Positions 46,509 to 54,972 of a stretch of DNA of 64,000 nt are shown piece after piece. Both the position numbers and the translations under genes were made by a program. How positions within the stretch are numbered: position 1 is the stretch's first letter; every line of letters starts with the position of its first letter. Location: positions 14,353 through 78,352 of the forward strand of contig REDG01000055.1 in the NCBI GenBank assembly GCA_007693605.1, in the 5' to 3' direction. This DNA is from Bradymonadales bacterium. Lineage in GTDB: Bacteria; Bdellovibrionota; UBA2394. The notes under the pieces were generated by a model that ran no database searches, was not told the DNA's origin, and was given only the letters and a program-made list of their open reading frames with translations.

Positions 46509-47565
46509 AATTCAAGTGCAGGGAATCTCAACAGACCGAGATCGGCTGCAGCAATTGAACTCTCCCACAGAGATGCTTGTAGAGAAGAGCCTCAATTCAG
46601 TGAGTGCCGCTTGGTTGGTTTATCCTGCTTCTTTCGAAGACTCATTGTTTTCCACAGATGAAGATTTTTTGTTTCCAGCAGCGATGCGTCTTATGACGCA
46701 GCTTCAAGAGCCCGAGTCGAATGACATTTCTGAAAGCATTTTCTTTCAAGGGCTACTTTGCTCCTACTCCATTCAAGCAAGTGGTTGTTTGGTGCTTGAG
46801 TATCGAGACCCTTTGATTGTGGCGACCGAGGTCGATCGGTCAGAGGCCTGGCAAAAGACCTCCCTGAAAGAGGTTGTTTCGCAAGCACTGCGAAATGCTT
46901 CAGCCGAAAGAGGGGGCCGAAGCCTCAAGGTGAGTTTTCAAGATGAGGCGGAGTTTCCAATTGAAAGCCTTACCAATATCGGTCAAACAGACTTTGAGTT
47001 TGTAAGAGATTTAGCTGAAAAGTTCGGCTTTAGATTTTTCTTCCATCACGCTGAAAAAGGTTCTGACGAAGTGACATTCTTCAAGCCGAATTTCTCTCGA
47101 CTTCCTGACTCAGAGCTAGCCTATGAAGACATCCAAAGCACGGCTTCGATTAAAATCTCTACTTTAAAGGCTCCCAACACGGTCTTTGTGCAGAGAGGGA
47201 CGGGCGTTGAAGAAGTTGGGATTGAGACCTATCAAAATCAGTTTTCGAAGTGCTTTGAGAAGAAGGTTGCGCTGAGAGAAAGGCTCGGCATTGAGCTAAA
47301 TTCCCATCTTTATTGTCCGGGGATATCTCAGCGAGAGGCACAGGAGATGGCTCAGGGGGAGTTTCTGGGTCGAATTCTTGAAGGGGATCGGTTGCACTTC
47401 CAGTCAGAGAGGGTTTTTCCCATTGGCAGTCTGATAAAGGTCAATCCTTCAGACGATTCGATTGTCACGGGCAGAAGGTTTCATGGAGTCTATCTGATCG
47501 ATCGTGTTCGGTCTCGGCTTGATGGATTTCGTTGGCTACACGAATACGAAGGAGTGAGACCATGA
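46492..47565 (+). CDS. gpD / VgrG-N (gp27-like) baseplate hub protein
   Basis: GQTDFEFVRDLAEKFGFRFFFHHAEKGSDEVTFFKP is the late-control-D/VgrG signature; no gp5-type OB or beta-helix follows. Confidence 0.75.
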   Translation: MITNFEIQVQGISTDRDRLQQLNSPTEMLVEKSLNSVSAAWLVYPASFEDSLFSTDEDFLFPAAMRLMTQLQEPESNDISESIFFQGLLCSYSIQASGCLVLEYRDPLIVATEVDRSEAWQKTSLKEVVSQALRNASAERGGRSLKVSFQDEAEFPIESLTNIGQTDFEFVRDLAEKFGFRFFFHHAEKGSDEVTFFKPNFSRLPDSELAYEDIQSTASIKISTLKAPNTVFVQRGTGVEEVGIETYQNQFSKCFEKKVALRERLGIELNSHLYCPGISQREAQEMAQGEFLGRILEGDRLHFQSERVFPIGSLIKVNPSDDSIVTGRRFHGVYLIDRVRSRLDGFRWLHEYEGVRP

Positions 47566-48335
47566 AATTTAACGCGTTTGAGAAACTGGCTTTTCAGGAA
47601 GAGAAAAGAAAGAGATCCCAGGGCTTTGAGAGCCTGACTTTAGAGGGCCTAGAGCTGTCGAGTCGGGACCTCAGCGATATAAGTAGTCAGGCGCTTGAAC
47701 TGCTCGGAGTAAAGATTTTACCGGAGGGAAAGCTGCGAAACCTTCAGGCTTTATCCGGATCTATTCGGGGTCTTCAATTGGTCAACTGCGAGATCTTTCA
47801 AAGCAATCTGACAGAGATTAACTGCCAAAGGGCCTTTGCGGTCGAGACGATTTTCGATCTCGTGTATTTTAGCCGCTGTAAACTCCAGGCTTCGGACTTT
47901 CGAAATGCACGATTTGTCTACTCGAGTCTGCAGGAGTGTGAGGCAGTCGACAATGATTTTAGTTTTAGTCAGTGGAAGTCTGTCCGCTTCATTCGATCTT
48001 CGATCTTTCATGAGAATCTTTGGTCTCAGGCCATGTTTTCTGGCTGTCTGTTTCTTGAGATTGACTTTAGCAAATCTGAATCCTTGAACTTTCAGAGTGT
48101 TCGACACTCCCAATTCTTCAATTGCGATTTTCGATCAGATCAAAGAGAGGCTTTAGAGGGAAGCAATTTGGTCAGTAAAGGTCCGCCCCCTTCAGTTTCG
48201 CTGAAGCCTTCTGAGGCGGAAGTCGATGAGTCAAGCTTAGAGCGCCCACGACCGCTTCGCCCTTCGGCGACAACGGACTTGAGCCCATCGAGGCTTGGCC
48301 GTTTTTCTGCGATCGAGGTGCCCCATGCAAAGTAG
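47562..48335 (+). CDS. pentapeptide-repeat protein with disordered Pro/Ser-rich tail
   Basis: About 20 consecutive pentads with central L/F (CKLQA SDFRN ARFVY SSLQE CEAVD NDFSF ...); ATGA overlap with the hub gene. Confidence 0.65.
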   Translation: MKFNAFEKLAFQEEKRKRSQGFESLTLEGLELSSRDLSDISSQALELLGVKILPEGKLRNLQALSGSIRGLQLVNCEIFQSNLTEINCQRAFAVETIFDLVYFSRCKLQASDFRNARFVYSSLQECEAVDNDFSFSQWKSVRFIRSSIFHENLWSQAMFSGCLFLEIDFSKSESLNFQSVRHSQFFNCDFRSDQREALEGSNLVSKGPPPSVSLKPSEAEVDESSLERPRPLRPSATTDLSPSRLGRFSAIEVPHAK

Positions 48336-48708
48336 CAAGGCGTTCAACTGTTTTTCATTTTGGGCTGAAGCGGATTCCGCTTCTGTGATCGCGCGTACGA
48401 GTTTAGAAGAGCATATTCGCCAGTCCATTTTGATTTGTCTCTTTACAGAAAAGGGAGAACGGCCGCTGCAGCCAGAATTTGGCAGTCGCCTCAGCCAGTT
48501 TGTCTTTCGTTCCGCCGATGCCAGCTATCTCAGTCAACTTTGCAAAGAGGTGAGGACTTGTTTGGAGGCTTTTGAGCCCCGAATCGAGCTTAGAGAGCTC
48601 TATTGCGAGACTTCCGAGCATGAGTCCGCTCCGTTGAGCATTCATTTGAGTTATCTCATCAAAGAGCTGGGGACTCATCAGTCGATGAAGATTCCATTCA
48701 ATCTTTAA
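48325..48708 (+). CDS. GPW/gp25-family baseplate wedge protein (Afp9-like)
   Basis: IRQSILICLFTEKGERPLQPEFGSRLSQFVF and EAFEPRIEL are the gp25 motifs. Confidence 0.85.
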   Translation: MQSSKAFNCFSFWAEADSASVIARTSLEEHIRQSILICLFTEKGERPLQPEFGSRLSQFVFRSADASYLSQLCKEVRTCLEAFEPRIELRELYCETSEHESAPLSIHLSYLIKELGTHQSMKIPFNL

Positions 48709-48780
48709 GGGAGTGTCGCTAAAGGCCCATCTGCTTCGGCTGCTCGGTTGGACCACTGGGCCAGCAAAGGCGATGAAATG
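48709..48780. repeat. interspersed intergenic repeat, copy E (inside the CIS locus)
   Basis: GGGAGTGTCGCTAAAGGCCCATCTGCTTCGGCTGCTCGGTTGGACCACTGGG immediately after the gp25 stop. Confidence 0.7.
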
Positions 48781-48816
48781 TGTTGTCTTTTCTTGTCTGG
48801 CACTTTCGTCTCCCGA

Positions 48817-48856
48817 CCCCAACGAATGTAGGGAATCCCCCACATTCGTAGGGGCT
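48817..48856. promoter_or_regulatory. tandem 20-bp units carrying TGTAGGG and CGTAGGG (candidate UAS)
   Basis: CCCCAACGAATGTAGGGAAT / CCCCCACATTCGTAGGGGCT; 60-90 bp upstream of the sigma54-like promoter at 48915. Confidence 0.4.
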
Positions 48857-48914
48857 CCCCAACACAGGGCTTCTTTGAAATGGCCGAAAACCCCCTTCTG
48901 GGGGCTTTTCGGGA

Positions 48915-48930
48915 TGGCATACGACTTGCG
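48915..48930 (+). promoter_or_regulatory. second sigma54-type -24/-12 element, upstream of baseplate J
   Basis: TGGCAT-acgac-TTGCG with correct GG-N10-GC spacing; only 14 nt before ATG 48945, the same spacing as 5387 to GTG 5402, implying a near-leaderless transcript. Confidence 0.4.
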
Positions 48931-48944
48931 TTATCCCATGAGCG

Positions 48945-50687
48945 ATGAGCCTGCCTCAACTAACAGAACGAGAAAAACAGCTAAGTGAAGACCTATTCCG
49001 TCAGGCTCCTCTAGCCGACTCTTCAAGTGGTGGTCCTGGGTCTAGACCTCTTGCGTCCGATCCCCTGAGAATTTTGACTGAGTTTGTTGCCTGCGTGGCG
49101 GGGCAGATTCGAGCTGATATTGAGCAGATTCCCTCTGGCCTGATTCATGAGATTCCAGCGCTCTTCGGGTTGGGTGCAGAGAAGGCAAAGCCGGCTCGGG
49201 CTTTCGTGCGAATCTCCTTGGGGGATAAAATCAGCGAGAGCTTTTATCTTCCGGCCGACACGGACTTTAGCATTTCGAATGCCTCTCAAAGCTTCCACTT
49301 TCGAAGTCGAGAAAGCCTGCTCCTTTTCTCTGTCGGACAGATGGACATTGTATATGAGAAGGGAGCGCTTTTCTTGGGATTTGAACGGCTTCCTCAGTCT
49401 CACAATCCTCGTTTCTATTTTGAGCTAGAGAGCTCTCACGAGCGAGTGAAGGGTCAGTGGTCGATTTTAACAGAGTCGACATGGCTTCCGTTGTCCACAG
49501 CAGATCGTACCGAGCAGTTCAGCAAAAGTGGATTCATTCAATTTTTTCTCTCTGACTTCGATTTGCGTTCTCAAAACCTTCATGGACAGAACCGCATCTG
49601 GCTGCAATTCAGGTCAGAGGCTCAGCAGGAGGTGCTTCCGGTTCGTCAGATCTATGACAATGTGGTTGAGTGCGAGAACTCGAAAACCTATACCGAGCTT
49701 TGTTTGGGATCTGGAGATGCACGAGTGTCGCAGACATTTTCTCTACCCCATGGTCAGGTCACAGACGACTTTCAGGTCAAGGTGTTCAATGGCGAGAAGG
49801 GGGGCTTTGAGCTGTGGCATCAGGTGTCGAACTTTCTCTTGTCTTCTGATCGGTCGAATCATTTTACCTATGATCCAAAAAATTCAGAAATTCAGTTTGG
49901 CGACGGATACCGTGGAAGAAGACTTCCGCCAGGATATGACAATGTTTGGATCGAGTCGTTGAGCCTTTGCGACGGTAGTGCTGCCAATCTCGGCAGAGAG
50001 GCTGAGGTGGCTCTTTCGAGTGAAGACTGGCGGATACAATCGCTTGCTCTCATTTCTGACATTCAGGGAGGGGTTGATGCGGTCACGGGCCAAGATCAGA
50101 TAAAACGGCTTCGAGCGTTGCTGATTAATCGGCAGAGGGCAGTGACCCTAAAGGACTTCGAAGATCTAGCAGTAGAGTTGGCCCCGAGAGTGGGGCGAGC
50201 CTATGCCCAGTATAAAGATTTCGGTGTTCTAGTGCTTCCCATTTTAAAGCCCAATTATTCGAAAAAAGCCTCCACACTCAACTTTGAGCCGAGAGACTCC
50301 GATCTTGAATTTCTAAAGAGGGAGTTGCAGGATTTAAAACTTCTCAACACCGACATGAGGGTTCAAAGCCCAAGCTATCGAGCCTTTCGGGTAGAAGCGT
50401 CCATCTTTATCAAAACACTTACTTCAGAAAACAAAACAGAACTTGAGGAGACTATTCTCAGCTTCTTTTCGCCCTTTGGACCCCTCCAGCAGAGAGTGAG
50501 GCCCGGCATGATGATTCAAAGAGATGAGTTTCATCAGTTTATTGAAAAAATTCCAGAAGTGATCACGGTAAGGAATCTACGAATCATAGATGAAGTTTCT
50601 AAGCTCTGCGTTGACCAGCTTGATCTTGTCCACGATGAGCTTCCCGCCGTGAAGCTGGCACTCAAAATCGAGGAGAGAATGAGATGA
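48945..50687 (+). CDS. baseplate J-like protein (Afp11-like)
   Basis: 580 aa; SDPLRILTEFVACVAGQI, KPARAFVRISL and RAVTLKDFEDLAVE resemble Baseplate_J family landmarks. Confidence 0.8.
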   Translation: MSLPQLTEREKQLSEDLFRQAPLADSSSGGPGSRPLASDPLRILTEFVACVAGQIRADIEQIPSGLIHEIPALFGLGAEKAKPARAFVRISLGDKISESFYLPADTDFSISNASQSFHFRSRESLLLFSVGQMDIVYEKGALFLGFERLPQSHNPRFYFELESSHERVKGQWSILTESTWLPLSTADRTEQFSKSGFIQFFLSDFDLRSQNLHGQNRIWLQFRSEAQQEVLPVRQIYDNVVECENSKTYTELCLGSGDARVSQTFSLPHGQVTDDFQVKVFNGEKGGFELWHQVSNFLLSSDRSNHFTYDPKNSEIQFGDGYRGRRLPPGYDNVWIESLSLCDGSAANLGREAEVALSSEDWRIQSLALISDIQGGVDAVTGQDQIKRLRALLINRQRAVTLKDFEDLAVELAPRVGRAYAQYKDFGVLVLPILKPNYSKKASTLNFEPRDSDLEFLKRELQDLKLLNTDMRVQSPSYRAFRVEASIFIKTLTSENKTELEETILSFFSPFGPLQQRVRPGMMIQRDEFHQFIEKIPEVITVRNLRIIDEVSKLCVDQLDLVHDELPAVKLALKIEERMR

Positions 50688-51274
50688 TGTCGTTCTCAAA
50701 GAGCGCACTGCCTCTTCCTTCTGTTCTAGATCGAATCTCAGGAGATCAGCGCGAAAAGTGGACACAAGACTTCTTCACATTGTTGCGGCCTCTCGATCAA
50801 ACAGATGAACTCAAAAGAATTGTTCACGCACTAGTGGCTGCCCCCGTTGTTCTGGACAGGGTTTTTAGTGACGAGTGGACCCCAGAAGTCAGAACGAAGC
50901 TTATGCCCGTGTTGCATGAGTATATCAGCTGCCGAGGCACTCCAAGGGCACTTAGACTTCTTGTGCAAAGCTTAACGGGCCTGTCTCGCTTCAAGATTTT
51001 TGAAAGAACACTTCCGAAGCCGCATCTTGCAATCGCTACGCATCGGCTTGGGGCAGATGCCCGCCTGTTTTCAGAGGGAGCCAAACGACAGTTCGTTCTG
51101 ATTCAGTTTGATCACTACGAACGGGAGCTAGGCGAGATCGATCGCAAAGAGCTTGAGAAAATTATTCAGTCTGAGGTCGATCCTTCCTTGGTATGTCTTT
51201 TGGACTTTAAAAAGAAAAAGCTTCGGAGGAAGCTACCCCAACTCAGTCAGTTCAAAATAGGAGAGTCTTTATGA
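50684..51274 (+). CDS. P2 gpI-like tail/baseplate protein (Afp12 N-domain-like)
   Basis: LPSVLDR..FFTLLRPLD..CRGTPRALRLLVQSLTG matches the phage tail protein I-type domain; ATGA overlap. Confidence 0.65.
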   Translation: MMSFSKSALPLPSVLDRISGDQREKWTQDFFTLLRPLDQTDELKRIVHALVAAPVVLDRVFSDEWTPEVRTKLMPVLHEYISCRGTPRALRLLVQSLTGLSRFKIFERTLPKPHLAIATHRLGADARLFSEGAKRQFVLIQFDHYERELGEIDRKELEKIIQSEVDPSLVCLLDFKKKKLRRKLPQLSQFKIGESL

Positions 51275-52788
51275 ATCAAGCCATTTCACCACAGCGTTGT
51301 GTTTACTTTTCTCAAGGTCAAAGGTTAACCCCAGAAGATCTCAATGCTCTGAATGACTTTTCTTTGAAGAGATCTGCCCTGGTGAGTAGAAGCTTGCTGG
51401 GAGCTTCAGGTATTGTCGAGGGCATTATGCAGAGCTTGAGGCTGAAGCCCTTGGCGGACGATCCTCTTTCGTTGAAGCTCGAACCCGGCATTGCGATCAA
51501 TGAATTCGGAGATCTATTGCCGATCGAAGAGGAGCGACTGATCAGGCTCTCAGATTTGGCAGGCCCAGAGACTCAGACCTATTTCTTGCAGCTTCAGTCT
51601 GACGAAAGTTTAGAGGGCGCGTTTGTCGATGAAGAGCTCGACCAGTTAAAGTCTTTCAAGTTTAGAAATATCAGCACTCGTCTATTCATCTCAGCAGAGC
51701 GAGTCGAAGGCGCAGTAGAAATTGCAAGAGTTCGATTGAACAGTAGCGTCTTTGCGCTGAAAGAGTGCCGCGAAGATGAAGCGATCGAGGCCGGATTGGG
51801 CGTCATCGATCAGCGGCACGCCCCTAGAATCCAGCTCTACAGCGCTCGCGCCGTGGATTTTTCAAGACATCAGCAGATGAAACAAAGTCTTCAGTCCTTA
51901 AAAGAGGCGCTCTATGAGATGAAGAGCCGATACCCTTCGCTAAGTTCCATCGAGAGGGCTTTGCAAGATTTGAGCTCCCTAGAGCTGGAGATTGCTGAAA
52001 GAAACCTTGCTTTGTCTCGTTTAGATCTCGTGCTCATAAGGAGTCAGAGAAGCCTGAGGGATTTGATCGAAGAGTTGCGAGAAGTTCACCAGCCTCTGAG
52101 AGATATGGGTGTCGATTTTTGGGAAAGGCTCTTTAGTCTGATAAGCGATCTTCCGGGTGTGAGTCTTGTTCAAGAGGCGGCGGTAAAGTTTCAGAAGTTG
52201 AGCCACTTGGATCTTGAGATTCGAGAGCAGATTCTTGACAAACGAACGGATGAGGAAAAGCGAGTTCTGATTCAGCAAGCTTTGAACGACCTTCAGCCCT
52301 TTCGGTTTTCGTTTTCGAACACCCATGCCCTGGGCGGCAGTCTCTTTCGCAGACTGATCTTTTGGGACGGAGACGAGGTCTTTCAGAACAGTTCATTCGA
52401 GGGAGAATATCGAACCCTCAAAACTCTAAGGGCTGCCTACGAGCAGTCCGAGCTTAGCACAGAGAAGGGACTTTTCGTTTCTCCAGGAAAACTTCACTTC
52501 AATTTGCCCGCAATGGACCCAGAGGTCCTCAGTCTCTTGTTTCTGAAAATTTATAAGCGAAGGGGTCGCCAAGAATTCAGTCTCTCTTTAAACGCTTCTC
52601 CGTTGAAAGCGCTGGCCCTTCGGCCTCATGAGTCTGTTGATCGGTTTTTAAACATCGCCGTACAGATCCGCCCTGAACAGCTCGTCAAAGGGGTGAATCA
52701 GCTGGTGATTGATGTGGCAGAAGTGGATTTAGACTTCGGTTTGATGGCCTTGGCCGTCTACCAAGAAACAACAGGAGGAAAGCCATGA
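51271..52788 (+). CDS. hypothetical protein, likely baseplate-associated
   Basis: 505 aa; ATGA-coupled after the gpI-like gene, where eCIS loci place wedge extension or fibre-like proteins; N-terminal FSQGQRLTPEDLNALNDF; no family recognised. Confidence 0.4.
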   Translation: MNQAISPQRCVYFSQGQRLTPEDLNALNDFSLKRSALVSRSLLGASGIVEGIMQSLRLKPLADDPLSLKLEPGIAINEFGDLLPIEEERLIRLSDLAGPETQTYFLQLQSDESLEGAFVDEELDQLKSFKFRNISTRLFISAERVEGAVEIARVRLNSSVFALKECREDEAIEAGLGVIDQRHAPRIQLYSARAVDFSRHQQMKQSLQSLKEALYEMKSRYPSLSSIERALQDLSSLELEIAERNLALSRLDLVLIRSQRSLRDLIEELREVHQPLRDMGVDFWERLFSLISDLPGVSLVQEAAVKFQKLSHLDLEIREQILDKRTDEEKRVLIQQALNDLQPFRFSFSNTHALGGSLFRRLIFWDGDEVFQNSSFEGEYRTLKTLRAAYEQSELSTEKGLFVSPGKLHFNLPAMDPEVLSLLFLKIYKRRGRQEFSLSLNASPLKALALRPHESVDRFLNIAVQIRPEQLVKGVNQLVIDVAEVDLDFGLMALAVYQETTGGKP

Positions 52789-53291
52789 TTTTTCGATTCT
52801 TTAAAGCCCTTTGGGCCTCTCTGGTCGCGTTTGTTCGACCCTATGATTCAGAGGGAGGAAAGAATCAGAGGGGGATGCCGTTACTCAGCGAGTGGAAGCA
52901 TCACGATCCCTATCAAGCCTTCTTTAAGAGTCCGGGACTTAAATCTAAAGGGCAGGCTTGTGCGGCCCTCATTTTCGAATCGGGCCGTGGCAAAGGGGAG
53001 ATGATTCAGCTGCCCGCGGGTCGTTTTAGGCTTGGGGCTTGCTTAGATCAGGAGATTGTTGTTCGAGAGACAGCACGAGATTGTGAGTCTTTCTCGTTAG
53101 AAGTGAGCTCTGAAGTCGTCACGGCTCAGGCGGAAAAGGGAGACTTCAAGGTGAACGGACACAAACTCAGCTTTGCACGGCTTGTCGACCAAGATGAGTG
53201 TGAATTCAACGGGGTTAGATTTTTCTTTTTAGAGATTCAAAGCACAGAATTGGAGAGCGACGATGAGATTCTTCTTAAAGAAGCAGTTTAG
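52785..53291 (+). CDS. FHA-like domain protein
   Basis: LPAGRFRLGACLDQEIVVRE...FKVNGHKL..LVDQDECEFNGVRFFF follows the FHA G-R ... N-G ... D pattern; degenerate. Confidence 0.5.
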   Translation: MIFRFFKALWASLVAFVRPYDSEGGKNQRGMPLLSEWKHHDPYQAFFKSPGLKSKGQACAALIFESGRGKGEMIQLPAGRFRLGACLDQEIVVRETARDCESFSLEVSSEVVTAQAEKGDFKVNGHKLSFARLVDQDECEFNGVRFFFLEIQSTELESDDEILLKEAV

Positions 53292-54972
53292 TTTGAGAGA
53301 TTTTACTCAAAAGCTGAGATCCGAATGGATTAAACGCGCAGAAAAGGCCACTACTGCTTTTCAGAAAGCCCTGGTTCCGGCTGAAAAGGAAAGCGATGAG
53401 CTGCCCTGGGTTGAGCAAACGGCCTGTATTGGTTTTGTGGAGGATCTGGCTGAGCAACAGATTTATGGACTCCAATTCGGACTGAATGAGCTGGGGACTT
53501 CGAAGATTCAATTGAGCAAAGAGGGGGCGAAGTGCTTGGAGGCCTCGAAGGCCCAAGAGATTTATCACGGAGATGTTTTTGAGACAGCCGGGAAGGCTTA
53601 CCGGCTAAGTCTACTATCTCTACGATCGATGGGTCGTTACTTTAGCCTACTTCTCCTGGTGCTTGGACCCTCCCTTTTCCCCTTGATGGCCCAAGAGAGC
53701 GCCATTGAGGTGACTGCCAGGAAGGCCTTCTCAATCGACTTTCATCTTTCAGGAACTCGCCAGATCGATTCTAAAGACATTCGAATGAATGTCTTTGGCG
53801 ACTCTGAGATTTCCACATTGAATCGGGTGAGCTCAAGATTACAGCCAGAAGATCTTCATGTGTTTGTGGATGCCAGTGGTCTGTGCCTTCAGAGAGGAAT
53901 GGAGGGAGTGATCAATCAGGGACTCTCTGACTTGCTTTCTAAGCTCTCTAGCCAATCAAGAGTGTCGATCTCAGAGTTCTACCAAGATAGTGATGGCACA
54001 GAAGTCTATCGGCGCCGAATCGACGAGCAGAGGCCCGCACAGATTGCTGAACGAAGAAGCTTAATTAACTGTCAAGAGGATCGACGCAGTCTCAACGCTT
54101 TGAGTGTTTTTCAACGACTCGGCGACTCAGAGCTTGGGGGCAGCTTTCTTCTGATTTCATCAGGAAACATTCGAGCGATAGAGGGAATTCAATCTCGACT
54201 GGCAGAGGCTGGAACGAAGCTGGTGGTGGCTCTCTATTCCCCAGAGCTTACCCCTTACGCGAACGAAGTGCTCAGCCCATTGACCGAAGCTCGCGGGGGT
54301 CATCACTTTATCTGGGCTCGAGATAGCGTTCTTGATCTCTCTCAAAACTACCCCTTCTTTTGGCGCTTTCGCTTCTCAAACCAACTACCAGTCTCGTGGG
54401 ACTCCAAGGCGTACTCTTACGAGATCCTCATGGGCGAAGACCCGTTGATGACGGGTAGCTTGAATTATAAACGCAGTCCGATCAGAGCCTTCTTCTTCTG
54501 GCTCGGGCTAGCCGCTTTGATTGTGCTCGCATTGGCTCTAGTTTCGTTGGCTGTTTGGTCTGTCGTCAAGTTCTACCGCCGACCGCTGTGTTCCGAAACC
54601 GGTCAAGTGATGTCTCGATCTTGGAGAGGCTCCCTTTTTGCCGCACTTGGAAAAAGGCCCGTATTGATTGTTTTTAAGAGAGGGGAATACCATCGATCTC
54701 TTGTTCTGAAAAACTATAAAACACAAGTCGGCAGAGGGCTCGGATCTCCTCTTAAGTTGAAGTACAGGGGTTCAGACTCTGGGTTGCTGTTTACCGAAGT
54801 GGCCGAGCGCTGCTTCGAAGTGGATTCGATGAGTGCCAATGCTTTGATTCTGAATGGAATGAGACAGAAGGGGCCCCTGGCTCTTCGACAGGGTGATCGC
54901 ATTCAATGGGGCCCCTACGAAATCCACTTCTGCTTTGGGAGTAGTCAAGAGATGGCGAAGGAGGCCGCATAA
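53263..54972 (+). CDS. bitopic/loop membrane protein: FHA-like, TM, about 260-aa extracytoplasmic domain (possibly vWA-like), TM, FHA
   Basis: TMs YFSLLLLVLGPSLFPLM and AFFFWLGLAALIVLALALVSLAVWSVV; C-terminal VGRGLGS..SMSANALILNGMRQKGPLALRQGDRIQWGPYEIHF is a good FHA match; the vWA call (HVFVDASGLC) is weak. Confidence 0.55.
   Translation: MRFFLKKQFSLRDFTQKLRSEWIKRAEKATTAFQKALVPAEKESDELPWVEQTACIGFVEDLAEQQIYGLQFGLNELGTSKIQLSKEGAKCLEASKAQEIYHGDVFETAGKAYRLSLLSLRSMGRYFSLLLLVLGPSLFPLMAQESAIEVTARKAFSIDFHLSGTRQIDSKDIRMNVFGDSEISTLNRVSSRLQPEDLHVFVDASGLCLQRGMEGVINQGLSDLLSKLSSQSRVSISEFYQDSDGTEVYRRRIDEQRPAQIAERRSLINCQEDRRSLNALSVFQRLGDSELGGSFLLISSGNIRAIEGIQSRLAEAGTKLVVALYSPELTPYANEVLSPLTEARGGHHFIWARDSVLDLSQNYPFFWRFRFSNQLPVSWDSKAYSYEILMGEDPLMTGSLNYKRSPIRAFFFWLGLAALIVLALALVSLAVWSVVKFYRRPLCSETGQVMSRSWRGSLFAALGKRPVLIVFKRGEYHRSLVLKNYKTQVGRGLGSPLKLKYRGSDSGLLFTEVAERCFEVDSMSANALILNGMRQKGPLALRQGDRIQWGPYEIHFCFGSSQEMAKEAA

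Noticed and set aside
48798-48813. Perfect TGGCAC -24-like hexamer (TGGCAC-tttcg-TCTCC)
   Set aside because: There is no GC dinucleotide at the -12 position, and it lies upstream of rather than downstream from the GTAGGG units. The element at 48915 is the better candidate.
48713-48988. 91-aa plus-strand ORF filling the gp25 / baseplate-J gap
   Set aside because: It reads straight through the interspersed repeat and the tandem 20-bp units, has no RBS, runs out of frame into the baseplate-J start, and has junk-like composition. The region is better explained as regulatory and repeat DNA.
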